Under the pieces are notes generated by a model. That model was not told where the DNA came from and made no database searches. It was given only the letters and a program-made list of their open reading frames with translations. A stretch of 64,000 nucleotides of DNA from Myxococcota bacterium (GTDB taxonomy: Bacteria > Myxococcota_A > SURF-8), in contig OZ223209.1 in NCBI GenBank assembly GCA_965140415.1, positions 5,696,001 to 5,760,000 of the forward strand, given 5' to 3'. The position numbers and the translations under genes are program-made. Below, piece after piece: positions 29,751 through 39,858 of the stretch; position 1 is the first letter of the stretch; each line of letters opens with the position of its first letter.

Positions 29751-31376
29751 ATGGCTCCGGAAGCTCAAAAGGTGCTACAAGACATCCTGCGACTCTATAA
29801 AGGACTGACCACCCAGAACAAGATGATCATTGGTGCAGTTCTGGCGGTCGCCATTGCAGGATTCGTGTATTTGCTCTCCTTTTCCGATTTCACCGAATTC
29901 GATTACCTCTACACCAACATTTCCGACAAAGATGCCGGAGACATTGTCGAACATCTGAAAAAGAACAAGATTCCCTACAAACTCGGTGAAGGTTCCATTA
30001 TGGCGCCGAAAAAGGACGTGCGTCAGCTTCGTTTGTCCTTGGCAGCCGAAGGATTACCGCGCGGTGAAGGCGTCGGCTTCGAGATCTTCGAGAACCAAAA
30101 ACTCGGCACAAGTAAGTACGTTCAGGAACTGAACTATAAACGCGCGATGGAAGGCGAACTGTCTCGTACCGTCGCCAGCCTAGAAAAGGTGGAAAACGCG
30201 CGCGTACATCTGGTCACTCCTAAAAAAGCACTGTTCAAAGAGGACGAAGTTCCTGCCAGTGCCTCGGTGGTTGTGCGTCTTGCAGGCAACAAGGAACTGG
30301 ACGCCAACGAAGTCAAATCCATCGTTCATCTGGTCAGTTCTTCCGTCGAGGGACTTTCGGCGAAAAACATAACGATCATCGATAGTAACGGCAACATGCT
30401 CAGTCGGGCGATGGGCGATGAAGAAGAACAGATCTGGGGCTCGTCTCCCCTGGAATATAAAAACAAATTGGAACGCGATCTGGCCAGCCGGGTGGAGGAA
30501 GTAGTCTCCCATGTGGTCGGACTTGGAAAAGTGGTGGCCAAAGTCACCGTGGAATTGGACTTTAAAAAAGAAGAAAAAACCGAAGAACTCTTCGATCCCG
30601 ATCAGGTGGTGGTGCGTTCGGAAAAACGCAGCAAGGAAAATCGTCAGAACGACGAAACGATCAATGCTGGCGGAGCACCCGGAGCGCAGGCCAATCTGCC
30701 ACAGAATCAGGATGGCACCGGACAGCAAAGCTCGGCCACCGAGCGCGACCGCACGATGGTCAACTACGAAATCAACAAAGTGGTGCGACACACCGTCCGC
30801 GCGGCAGGGGATGTCAAGCGTGTGTCGGTAGCGGTACTGGTAGACGGCTCCTATAAGCCGGGTGAAGTCGCCGAAGATGCCGAAGACGATGCCAAGCCGG
30901 AAGATACCTACGTTCCACGCACACCGGAAGAACTGGAAAAAATCCGTGCGTTGGTCATGCGCGTGGTCGGGTATAATGAAAACCGTGGCGATGAAGTGGA
31001 AGTCAGCAACGTTCCGTTTGAAACGTCGGCGCTGGAAGAATATGAAATCGAACCCAGTTTTTTGGAACGTTACGATTTCATCCCACAACTGCTGCGGTAT
31101 GGTATCCTGTTGGTGTTGGCGATCGTGCTGGTCTTCTTCCTGTTCAAACCGCTGGTGGAATGGGTCATCAACTACCACGAGGAAGAACGGCTGCGGGAAC
31201 TGGATCGCGAGCAGGAAGATATCGTCAAGTCGATGGAAGAACAGCTCTCGGAAGTACGAGGCACCATCGAAACATCGACGGTTGAATTGAAAAAGCGCGT
31301 GCAGGAACTGGCGGATATGAACCCCGATATGGTCGTAGCCGTGTTCCGCACTTGGTTGAACGTGCCGGAGGATTGA
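29751..31376 (+). CDS. fliF: MS-ring protein FliF
   Basis: GVGFEIFE, RAMEGELSRT, ARVHL, ASASV; two TM helices. Confidence 0.97.
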   Translation: MAPEAQKVLQDILRLYKGLTTQNKMIIGAVLAVAIAGFVYLLSFSDFTEFDYLYTNISDKDAGDIVEHLKKNKIPYKLGEGSIMAPKKDVRQLRLSLAAEGLPRGEGVGFEIFENQKLGTSKYVQELNYKRAMEGELSRTVASLEKVENARVHLVTPKKALFKEDEVPASASVVVRLAGNKELDANEVKSIVHLVSSSVEGLSAKNITIIDSNGNMLSRAMGDEEEQIWGSSPLEYKNKLERDLASRVEEVVSHVVGLGKVVAKVTVELDFKKEEKTEELFDPDQVVVRSEKRSKENRQNDETINAGGAPGAQANLPQNQDGTGQQSSATERDRTMVNYEINKVVRHTVRAAGDVKRVSVAVLVDGSYKPGEVAEDAEDDAKPEDTYVPRTPEELEKIRALVMRVVGYNENRGDEVEVSNVPFETSALEEYEIEPSFLERYDFIPQLLRYGILLVLAIVLVFFLFKPLVEWVINYHEEERLRELDREQEDIVKSMEEQLSEVRGTIETSTVELKKRVQELADMNPDMVVAVFRTWLNVPED

Positions 31377-31380
31377 TTTC

Positions 31381-32370
31381 ATGGACGATATCTCAACGGT
31401 ACAAAAAGCGATTCTGGTGCTGGTTTCCATGGAAAAGGAACAGGCCGTCAAGGTCGTGCGCCAGCTCAACAATCGCGAGATCAAACGAATCTCCACCGAA
31501 ATCGGCAAGATCAGCAAAACCAGCCCTGAAGAACTGATGGAAGTGCTGGAAGAATTCATGGCGGAAGTGACCGGCTCCAGTAGCGTCATTACGACCGGCG
31601 AGCAATGGATCAAAGACGTCATCGAGCGTGCGGTGGGAACCAACAAAGCCCAGCATCTGCTGCGGGATCTGGGACCACCTACAAAAGTGTTCGATTCGCT
31701 GTTCGATATCGATTTGAATGCGCTTGCGAACTTGATTCGCAAGGAACATCCGCAGACGCAGGCTTTGATCCTGGCCCATCTGGACCCGACCAAAGCGGCG
31801 GGCGTGCTGCCATTGCTGCCTGAACAGGACCAGGTAGACATCATTTTGCGTATTGCGAAAATCACCTCGATTCATCCGGACCTGTTGGCCGAGATCGAGG
31901 ATGCACTGATGGAAGAAATCCAACGTCTGGGTGCGGTAAGTACGGCAGAAGCCGGTGGTGTCGAAATGGTCGTGGATATGTTGAACATCATGGAGAAGAA
32001 GCACGAAAAGACGATCCTGACCGGCATCGAACAGGAAGATCCGAAGCTGGCCGAAGAGATCAAGGGCATGATGTTCGTATTCGAAGATCTTTCGAGCCTC
32101 GACGACCGCTCCCTGCAACTCATCCTGCGCGAAGTGGATCAACAGACTCTGGTTATGGCCCTCAAGGCGGCCAACGAGGATATGGTCGAACGGGTCAAGG
32201 GCAACGTGTCCAAACGCGCGGCACAGATGTTGGACGAAGATCTGGATGCGCTGGGTCCGGTGCGCTTGAGCGAAGTCGAAACGGCACAGGGCGAGATTGT
32301 ACGTGTTGCGCTTAAACTGGAAGAAGAAGGCAAGATCGTAGCCAGCTCCGGCGAGGAAGAGTATGTCTAA
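31381..32370 (+). CDS. fliG: Motor switch protein FliG
   Basis: EHPQ, MFVFEDL, GPVRLSEVE. Confidence 0.97.
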   Translation: MDDISTVQKAILVLVSMEKEQAVKVVRQLNNREIKRISTEIGKISKTSPEELMEVLEEFMAEVTGSSSVITTGEQWIKDVIERAVGTNKAQHLLRDLGPPTKVFDSLFDIDLNALANLIRKEHPQTQALILAHLDPTKAAGVLPLLPEQDQVDIILRIAKITSIHPDLLAEIEDALMEEIQRLGAVSTAEAGGVEMVVDMLNIMEKKHEKTILTGIEQEDPKLAEEIKGMMFVFEDLSSLDDRSLQLILREVDQQTLVMALKAANEDMVERVKGNVSKRAAQMLDEDLDALGPVRLSEVETAQGEIVRVALKLEEEGKIVASSGEEEYV

Positions 32371-33217
32371 GATTCTGAAGAAAGATCTGGCCGATGCGCT
32401 GGGGGTGACGAAAGCGATTTTCGATGAGGTACCGGAATCGGCGGAATCGGAGTTCGTGCTTTCCATGCGGGAAAACAGTGGCCGGATGGCCAACCATGGA
32501 ACGAATAGTCCGGCCTCTTCCGCCCAAGCGCCGGGATCGTCTTCCGGTGCGGCGGCCATGTCTGATTTCCAACCGGATGTGTCTTCGCAGGAACTTGTGG
32601 ATCAGATGATGAATCCGGGTGCTACGAGTGATGGGGCAATTGCCGGAGATAGCGTTCCATCTTCTGCCGGCGCAGGCGAGATTGCAGAATTGGTAGCGCT
32701 GTTGGAACGCGAGCGCCACGAACAGGAAGAAAAGATTCAGCAAGCCTACGAACGCGGAGTCGCCGATGGCGAACGTCACCGCGCCGAATTCGAGGCGCAG
32801 TTGTCCGAATCCTATCATTACGGACTCAAGCGTTTGGAAATGCTTGGGAATTCATTGGAAGTGCTGGCTCGTTCGGAAGCGTTGGAAATCGCGATTCTGG
32901 TCGCCAGACGTATTTTGCAAAAAGAGATCGAAATGAACCCGTTGCAGATCATCGAACAGGTGAAACGGGTCAGTTCGGAAGCGATGGGCAAAAAGGAATT
33001 GACCATCCGCCTCAATCCGCAGGATCTGGCCGCAGTGCGCGCCATCGATCCGGAATTGGGAACGCATTTCCCGGCGGTCGGACAGGTATCGATTCTGGAA
33101 GATCACGACCTGCAACCGGGTGATTGCCTTGTGGATACCGAAGTAGAGCAGATCAATCTGTCATTGGATGAACAACTCGCAGTGTTGAAGAAAGCACTGG
33201 AGGAGGAACTGGCGTGA
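32363..33217 (+). CDS. fliH: Flagellar export protein FliH
   Basis: Lies between fliG and fliI; AYERGVADG, IRLNPQD, GDCLVDTE. Confidence 0.88.
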   Translation: MSKILKKDLADALGVTKAIFDEVPESAESEFVLSMRENSGRMANHGTNSPASSAQAPGSSSGAAAMSDFQPDVSSQELVDQMMNPGATSDGAIAGDSVPSSAGAGEIAELVALLERERHEQEEKIQQAYERGVADGERHRAEFEAQLSESYHYGLKRLEMLGNSLEVLARSEALEIAILVARRILQKEIEMNPLQIIEQVKRVSSEAMGKKELTIRLNPQDLAAVRAIDPELGTHFPAVGQVSILEDHDLQPGDCLVDTEVEQINLSLDEQLAVLKKALEEELA

Positions 33218-34581
33218 CCCTGTTCAGGATCACAGATATCGAGCAACGGCTGGAAGCCACCGATCCCTACGTGACTCACGGCAAGGTGCAGAAAGTAGTG
33301 GGTATGGTGGTGGAGGGCTATGCTCCCGGCGCGAAAGTCGGTTCCTTGTGCCGAATCCATCCCGGATCGGATCTGCCTTCGATCAAAGCGGAAGTTGTCG
33401 GTTTCAAAGCTCATACCGCGCTGATGATGCCGTTGGGCGATATTCGCGGTGTGCGTATGGGATCGACCATCGACGTCATCAAAGCGGAAACCACCCAGCC
33501 GGTGGGTTCGCGCATGCTGGGTCGTGTCATCAACGGCATGGGTGAGCCGATCGACGATAAAGGCCCGTTGCAACTGGATAAAAACATCCCGTTATACGGA
33601 AACCCGCTCAATCCTTTGCAGCGCCGCAGCATCGAGCAACCGCTGGAGTTGGGCATTCGCGCCATCGACGGTTTACTGACCTGCGGCAAGGGTCAGCGCA
33701 TGGCGATTATGGCCGGTTCCGGCGTAGGTAAATCGGTGTTGATGGGCATGATCGCCCAGGCGACACGGGCGGATGTCAAAGTAATCGCTCTTATCGGTGA
33801 GCGTGGTCGCGAAGTGCGTAACTTCATTCAGAATTCGTTGACGGACCAAGGGCTTGCCACGTCTGTGGTGGTGGCTGCCGCCAGCGATCAGCCTCCGCTG
33901 ATTCGTATGCGCGGGGCTTTTGTCGCTACGGCCATCGCCGAATATTTCCGCGACCAGGGCTTGTCGGTACTATTGATGATGGATTCGATTACGCGCTTTG
34001 CCATGGCCCAACGTGAAATCGGTCTGGCGGTCGGTGAACCACCCACCACCAAAGGCTATACCCCCTCGGTATTTACCCTGCTGCCTCGCTTATTGGAGCG
34101 TGCCGGAACCAGTTCCGGGCCAGGCTCGATCACGGGGTTGTACACGGTACTGGTCGAAGGCGATGACATGAACGACCCGATCGCCGATTCGGTACGTTCG
34201 ATTCTGGATGGCCACGTCACGTTAAGTCGTGCGCGTGCGGAACAGAACATCTACCCGGCCATCGACGTGCTTTCCTCGATTTCACGCGTCATGACCGAAA
34301 TCGTGGACGACGATCACCTGCAAACGGCCTATCGCGTTCGTGAATTGATGGCGGCTTACAACAAAGCCGAGGATCTGATCAACATCGGTGCATACGTCAA
34401 GGGAAACAATCCCAAGATCGATGAGGCCATCGCACGCATCGATACGATTACGAATTTTCTAAGGCAGGGGATTCGCGAACGATCCAGTTTCGATGAATCC
34501 TTGCAGGGACTAAATCAGATATTTTCCAACCAGAATGCCGGTCCGGGCGGGAAACCGTCGGGAGCGACTATGGAGGGATAA
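33214..34581 (+). CDS. fliI: Flagellar export ATPase FliI
   Basis: AGSGVGKS, LIGERGREV, DSITRFAMAQREIGL, YPAIDVL. Confidence 0.97.
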   Translation: MTLFRITDIEQRLEATDPYVTHGKVQKVVGMVVEGYAPGAKVGSLCRIHPGSDLPSIKAEVVGFKAHTALMMPLGDIRGVRMGSTIDVIKAETTQPVGSRMLGRVINGMGEPIDDKGPLQLDKNIPLYGNPLNPLQRRSIEQPLELGIRAIDGLLTCGKGQRMAIMAGSGVGKSVLMGMIAQATRADVKVIALIGERGREVRNFIQNSLTDQGLATSVVVAAASDQPPLIRMRGAFVATAIAEYFRDQGLSVLLMMDSITRFAMAQREIGLAVGEPPTTKGYTPSVFTLLPRLLERAGTSSGPGSITGLYTVLVEGDDMNDPIADSVRSILDGHVTLSRARAEQNIYPAIDVLSSISRVMTEIVDDDHLQTAYRVRELMAAYNKAEDLINIGAYVKGNNPKIDEAIARIDTITNFLRQGIRERSSFDESLQGLNQIFSNQNAGPGGKPSGATMEG

Positions 34582-34584
34582 ACG

Positions 34585-35316
34585 GTGACGTCGAATTATT
34601 TTCCCAATTATAAACAGAAGAAACCCTGGTACCGCAAACCGGGCTTCTTCTTCTTTCTAATGATACTGGCCGGTATCATGGGTGCAGCCTATTGGGTATT
34701 CAAGGTTTACCCGATGCCGGTGTTGAAACTGGTTGATACGCCACAGGCGGTGGCGCAGGAAGAAGCGAAAAAGGCAAAGAAGGCGGATCAACAACCGCGC
34801 AGCGCAGAAGTGGATAGCGCCAAAGCCGAAGCCGTTTTGAGCAAACGCCAGAAAATCCAGAAGAGCGACGAACTGAAGTTCAGGGAAGAAAAAATCGCGC
34901 AGATCCAGAAAGATGTCATTCAGTCGTTGTACGAAATCCGCACGATTCAGAAATCGCTGGATGAAACACTGAAGAAACAGAAACGGGAAAATCGCTCCGA
35001 GCAGAATTTACATCTGGCCAAGCTGATCAAGATCGTGGGCAGCATGGCGGGTGAACAAGCCGCTCTAGTGATCACGCAAATGGAAGAGGATCTGGCGGTG
35101 AATATCATGGCGTCATTGTCCGGGGCCAAGTCGAGCAAGATCATGGCCGGATTGGAACCGGAAAAAGCGGCGCGTATCAGTAAACGCATGGTTGCCTTGA
35201 AACCGGATGCGGAACTCAAGAACGTGATGGACAACTGGAAAACCATTTTGGAAGAAGAGGCCGAACGTGAGAAAAATGAACGTTATCCTTCCCAAGAGCC
35301 CCCAAAGTCTCAGTGA
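34585..35316 (+). CDS. MotE/FlbB-like protein (TM, coiled coil, MgtE_N-like domain)
   Basis: LIKIVGSMAGEQAALVITQM...SKIMAGLEPEKAARIS; typical position between fliI and fliK. Confidence 0.8.
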   Translation: MTSNYFPNYKQKKPWYRKPGFFFFLMILAGIMGAAYWVFKVYPMPVLKLVDTPQAVAQEEAKKAKKADQQPRSAEVDSAKAEAVLSKRQKIQKSDELKFREEKIAQIQKDVIQSLYEIRTIQKSLDETLKKQKRENRSEQNLHLAKLIKIVGSMAGEQAALVITQMEEDLAVNIMASLSGAKSSKIMAGLEPEKAARISKRMVALKPDAELKNVMDNWKTILEEEAEREKNERYPSQEPPKSQ

Positions 35317-36940
35317 GTCGCCGGATAGTTCTCTCTCGGCGGCAATCTCGGGTACGGGCGAAGCCTTTCAGCAGGTAATGGGAGCGTTGAATGAAACTCC
35401 CAAAACTGGTGAAGCCGTGGTGTCCGAAGCGAAGGAAGAAAGCGGCATCAAGGTGCAGTTCGTTCGGGCGAACAACTCCGAGCTGAAAGAAAAGATGCAA
35501 CCCGGTAAACAGGCCGCCGAGGGGCGGCATCCCTCACGACCGGATTCGGCCAAGGTGACCGAACCCATAGGCAAGAGCCTGCGAGACGAGAAACTTCAGA
35601 CCATCAACGGCAAACGCTTCAGCGGACGCATGGTCGAAGCCAGCGCCTGGGACAAGGCACAGGCCGCCAAAGCACGTTCAATGGCCGCCAGTCCGGGCGC
35701 ACGCAGTCGCATGGGCGGTCAACAGATTGAAGGTACCGATAAAAACACGGTGAATCGCAAGGATCTGGCCTCTGGCGAAAAGTCGGCAGATGCGATCAAG
35801 TTAGGCACCAAGGGTGAAATCAGCCGCGCCGATGGCAGCCCGGCGGTCAAAGCAGCGGATGGCAGCACGAAGGTGCTTGACGCACAAAACGAGGACAATT
35901 CGCTCAAGCTTTTCGTCAATCAGGATGCCAGCGACGAAGAAATCCAGAAAGCCAAGCAAACGATCTCTGAATCGTTGAAGAAAAAACAAGCCGATACAAA
36001 AAGCAATCCGGAAGCGTTTGCACGTGCAAGCGAATCCCTGCATGAAAAATCCGGAGAAACAATCGCCAGAAACGTCAAACTGACCGTAGAGGATTCCGCC
36101 ACTAAATTGACCGAGGACAAACTACGTCCTTCTGTACAAACAGCCGAAGAATCGGTGAAAGCGTCCGATGCCGATAAAAAGCACGACAGTAAGCACGACG
36201 GCAAACACGACGGCAAGAAAGATGCACACGCCGGCAAGGCGGATGTGGTGCAGCAGCGCGGCGAGCAAGCCAAGGGCGAACAGAACAAATCGGATGCGGC
36301 ACAGAACTTCGCGCAGGCAGCCAAAGCGGCCAAAGACGCTGTTGAAACTCTACCGGGAAAAGGCGTCGCAGACGGAAAAATTGCAACAGCAAAGAAACTC
36401 ACCCCCACCAAAGGTACGGAGAAATCCGTGACCACGGGGTCCAGCACGGCAACGGCACAAATGGATGCCACCTCTGTCGCTCATGCTCTGGGACGCGGCA
36501 ATCGTACCCAGGCGGTCAATCAGCTTTCTTCTCTGATGGAAGCGCGTTTAACCATGATGACCCAACAGAACCGCCCGGAGTTGCATCTGAAACTGACGCC
36601 GCAGCATCTGGGTGATATTCACGTCCGGCTCATCAGCCAGGGCGAGCAGACCACGGTGCGCATACAGGCGGAGCGCGAAGTCGTGGGACGCATGCTGGAA
36701 TCGGGCGTACAACAACTATTGCAACAGTTGAACAAGGCCGGGTTGCAGGTCAACGAAGTCAACGTCGACTTCGCTCAAATGGATTTCGAGCATGGTGGAA
36801 GCAATGAAACCGGAGCCGGTTCCGGTGAAAATCAGGATTTCGCCCAGATGATGGGTGGAGAACAGGTTGAAGAAGGCGCAACGACCAATACGGCGCAGCG
36901 CCGATCTCTTCACGAAGGAGCAATCGACGTCACGGCCTGA
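35276..36940 (+). CDS. fliK: Hook-length control protein FliK
   Basis: Long low-complexity N-terminus; C-terminal LKLTPQHLGDIHV...LNKAGLQV. Confidence 0.9.
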   Translation: MNVILPKSPQSLSESPDSSLSAAISGTGEAFQQVMGALNETPKTGEAVVSEAKEESGIKVQFVRANNSELKEKMQPGKQAAEGRHPSRPDSAKVTEPIGKSLRDEKLQTINGKRFSGRMVEASAWDKAQAAKARSMAASPGARSRMGGQQIEGTDKNTVNRKDLASGEKSADAIKLGTKGEISRADGSPAVKAADGSTKVLDAQNEDNSLKLFVNQDASDEEIQKAKQTISESLKKKQADTKSNPEAFARASESLHEKSGETIARNVKLTVEDSATKLTEDKLRPSVQTAEESVKASDADKKHDSKHDGKHDGKKDAHAGKADVVQQRGEQAKGEQNKSDAAQNFAQAAKAAKDAVETLPGKGVADGKIATAKKLTPTKGTEKSVTTGSSTATAQMDATSVAHALGRGNRTQAVNQLSSLMEARLTMMTQQNRPELHLKLTPQHLGDIHVRLISQGEQTTVRIQAEREVVGRMLESGVQQLLQQLNKAGLQVNEVNVDFAQMDFEHGGSNETGAGSGENQDFAQMMGGEQVEEGATTNTAQRRSLHEGAIDVTA

Positions 36941-37004
36941 TGCGGTCGTGCCGGATGCCGCGTTGATCGGCATCTGAAAATTAGCGGAAAGGAGGTGAAA
37001 GACA

Positions 37005-37676
37005 ATGGGAACAACAATCGCGGATATTCTAAACAGTCAGGCAGGTTCGTATGATACCACAACGACCAGCAGCAACGATGCCATGGGAAAGGAAGCCTTT
37101 TTGCAACTGCTGACCGCACAATTGACCAATCAGGATCCGCTCTCACCGATGGAGAACGAACAGTTCGTGGCGCAGTTGGCGCAATTCTCCAACCTGGAGC
37201 AGATGATCGCGGTCAATGAACGGCTGGAATCGATGGCCATGACACAGCTTTCGCAGAGTAGCGCCTCGGCGGTGAACTTCATCGGCAAGGACGTGCGTGC
37301 AATGGCCGACTGGGTGGATTACGACGGCGTCAACGCCACTGATGTGAACTTCGAACTGCTGGGAACGGCAGCCGAAACGAATCTGACCATCGAGGATGAA
37401 GACGGCAACGTGGTGCGCACCGTACAGTTGGGGCAACGCTCGGATGGTAGCCACAGTTGGGAATGGGACGGCCTGAACAACAATGGCGAGCAGGTGGATG
37501 CCGGAACCTACACCGTCACGCTGACGGCAAAGGACGAAAGCGGCACGAATGTCAATGGATATACCGAATCGCTGGCACGCGTAACCGGAATTTCCTATGA
37601 AAGCGGGTATGCCGAGTTGATGCTCGGTGATCACCGTATCAGCCTGGCCGATGTGGTCGAGGTATTGGAGGATTAA
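37005..37676 (+). CDS. flgD: Hook capping protein FlgD
   Basis: FLQLLTAQLTNQDPLSPM, WEWDG. Confidence 0.97.
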   Translation: MGTTIADILNSQAGSYDTTTTSSNDAMGKEAFLQLLTAQLTNQDPLSPMENEQFVAQLAQFSNLEQMIAVNERLESMAMTQLSQSSASAVNFIGKDVRAMADWVDYDGVNATDVNFELLGTAAETNLTIEDEDGNVVRTVQLGQRSDGSHSWEWDGLNNNGEQVDAGTYTVTLTAKDESGTNVNGYTESLARVTGISYESGYAELMLGDHRISLADVVEVLED

Positions 37677-37678
37677 CG

Positions 37679-38077
37679 ATGACGAACCGGATTGACCCGA
37701 CAATTACGGGAGCCATCCGGCAAATTGCCGACCAGGGAGGGACGCAACCGTCAACCGGAACGACGTCGGGAGGATTGGCTGATTTCCAGTCTTTACTCGA
37801 AGACGCCCAACGGCAAGAGTTGAATTTCTCCAAACACGCGATGGAACGCTTGCAGCGACGGGAAATCCCGCTGAATCAGGATGATTTGAAGCTGCTTTCG
37901 GAAGGCATCAATCGCGCCAGGCAAAAAGGCTCTCGTGAATCACTGCTGCTCATGGATGACACGGCCTTTTTAGTCAATGTAAACGATCGCCGCATCATTA
38001 CGGCGGTTGGCGAAGAAGGCATGAAGAACAAGACGTTCACCAACATCGATAGCGCCATTCTGCTGTCGAGGAAGTAA
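37679..38077 (+). CDS. Flagellar operon protein (TIGR02530/Flagellar_put-like)
   Basis: LNFSKHAMERLQRR, KGSRESLLL, FTNIDSA; lies between flgD and flgE. Confidence 0.9.
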   Translation: MTNRIDPTITGAIRQIADQGGTQPSTGTTSGGLADFQSLLEDAQRQELNFSKHAMERLQRREIPLNQDDLKLLSEGINRARQKGSRESLLLMDDTAFLVNVNDRRIITAVGEEGMKNKTFTNIDSAILLSRK

Positions 38078-38236
38078 GCCGCCTATCAAGGCGGAAAGAG
38101 GACGCTCTTTACGGATATGAAATCGGACTCCGCACTTGAAACCATAAGGATGTGGCCAGTGGAGATCCCTCGCACGGACGCGAAAAGGAGGAACATCGAT
38201 ATGATGAGTAAAACGTAACGATTGACAACATGACGC

Positions 38237-38294
38237 AGGGCTGGCCCTCATTCGAGGAAGCCCTCCACGGTGACCGGTTGCTTGCCGGAACACC
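38237..38294 (+). promoter_or_regulatory. Putative twin-hairpin cis-regulatory RNA in the flgE leader
   Basis: AGGGCT-ggc-CCTC-attc-GAGG-a-AGCCCT and GGTG-a-CCGG-ttgcttg-CCGG-aa-CACC, immediately before the GGAGG ribosome-binding site. Confidence 0.5.
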
Positions 38295-38309
38295 ACGAAG
38301 GAGGATATC

Positions 38310-39572
38310 ATGAGCTTGTACGGATCTTTGTACACAGGTATTTCCGGTCTGAACTCCAACGGTTCGGCTCTTTCCGTTATCTCCGACAACATCGCCAATA
38401 TGAACACCATCGGTTTCAAGCGCTCGCGCGCGGTGTTCCAGGACATCATGACCTACCCGACGCTGGGCATCGGCTCGGAGAATTACATCGGTGTCGGTTC
38501 GACTCTGTCGGGCGTCGAGCAGGAAATGTCACAGGGCTCGCTGCTTAACACCGGCAACGGAATGGATCTGGCCATTCAAGGCGCCGGATTCTTTGTCGTC
38601 GGCGGTCAGCAGGCCGGACAATCGGGCAATTTCTACACCCGCGCCGGTCAGTTCCACGTGGACAACAACGGTTACATGGTCAATACCGCCGGTTTCCGGC
38701 TGCAAGGCTATCTGGCCGACAGCGCCGGCAATATCAGCAGTGCGTTGACCGATTTGCAGTTCACCAACGCGTCCGCTCCGGTTCTGGCCACTTCCGAAGT
38801 GGAAATGACCATGAATCTGAACGCCGGTGAAGATACGCCGATGACTTTCGATCCCACCGATCCGGATGCCACCAGCCATTTCTCCACGGCTACCACCGTT
38901 TACGACAGCCTGGGCGCCGCCCACGATGTCACTCTGTATTTCACCAAAACGGCGGACAATACCTGGAGTTGGAATGCGATGCAGGAAGGTGCTGCGGTCG
39001 CCAGCGCATCGGGCGAATTGACCTTCAACAGCGACGGTCAACTGCTCACCGCCACCACCACCGCCAGTTCCTTCGACTTCCCCGGCGCGACTCCGGGTCA
39101 GGTCGTTGACTTCAATTTCGGTGACCCCATCTCCACCGGCGGCACCGGTCTGGCGGGCACCACCCAGTTCGCCTCTTCGTCTTCCGTTTCCGCCCAGAGC
39201 CAGGACGGCTACGGTGCGGGCGATCTGAACACCATTCTGATCGATGACGAAGGCGTTATCACCGGTACCTTCACCAATGGCGAACGCCGCGTGATGGGTC
39301 AGATTGCACTGGCCAACTTCAAAGGCGCGGGCCTGGACCGCATGGGCAACAACCTGTGGCAGGAAACCACCGCCAGCGGGCAGCCGCTGATCGGCGCGGC
39401 AAGCACCGGTTCGCGCGGTTCGATCAATTCCTCGCTGCTGGAACAGAGCAACGTGGATCTGGCAGCCGAATTCGTAGACATGATCGTCGCCCAGCGCGGC
39501 TATCAGGCCAACGGACGTACCATTACCACCTCGGACCAACTGTTGCAGGAAGTATTGAATCTGAAACGATAA
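38310..39572 (+). CDS. flgE: Flagellar hook protein FlgE
   Basis: NIANMNTIGFK, DLAIQGAGFF, YTRAGQF, LEQSNVDLAAEF. Confidence 0.97.
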   Translation: MSLYGSLYTGISGLNSNGSALSVISDNIANMNTIGFKRSRAVFQDIMTYPTLGIGSENYIGVGSTLSGVEQEMSQGSLLNTGNGMDLAIQGAGFFVVGGQQAGQSGNFYTRAGQFHVDNNGYMVNTAGFRLQGYLADSAGNISSALTDLQFTNASAPVLATSEVEMTMNLNAGEDTPMTFDPTDPDATSHFSTATTVYDSLGAAHDVTLYFTKTADNTWSWNAMQEGAAVASASGELTFNSDGQLLTATTTASSFDFPGATPGQVVDFNFGDPISTGGTGLAGTTQFASSSSVSAQSQDGYGAGDLNTILIDDEGVITGTFTNGERRVMGQIALANFKGAGLDRMGNNLWQETTASGQPLIGAASTGSRGSINSSLLEQSNVDLAAEFVDMIVAQRGYQANGRTITTSDQLLQEVLNLKR

Positions 39573-39598
39573 TCGCCTTCATTAAAGGCTAAACCGTC

Positions 39599-39634
39599 AA
39601 ATAGGCGACGTCCAACCGGGCGTCGCCTATTTTT
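39599..39634 (+). terminator. Rho-independent terminator after flgE
   Basis: AAATAGGCGACGTCC-aacc-GGGCGTCGCCTATTT followed by a T-run. Confidence 0.85.
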
Positions 39635-39770
39635 CTTGTCAATCCTGTGACGCTTTTCCCCCGAACTTTGACGGATTTCACACGATCACCAACCTAAAAT
39701 TTTCGATCACTATCGCAAATAACGCATTGTAATCACTGAGTTTCGCCTACATGTCAAGAATATACCTCTT

Positions 39771-39786
39771 TGGCATGACGTTTGCA
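39771..39786 (+). promoter_or_regulatory. sigma54 promoter of the motA-flhB operon
   Basis: TGGCATGACGTTTGCA; nearly identical to the site at 24905. Confidence 0.8.
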
Positions 39787-39858
39787 TTATTTGCACGCGG
39801 CAGGTTTTGTATGCATTATATTGGCAATTGTCATTGATTCTATAGAAAGAGTCGAACC

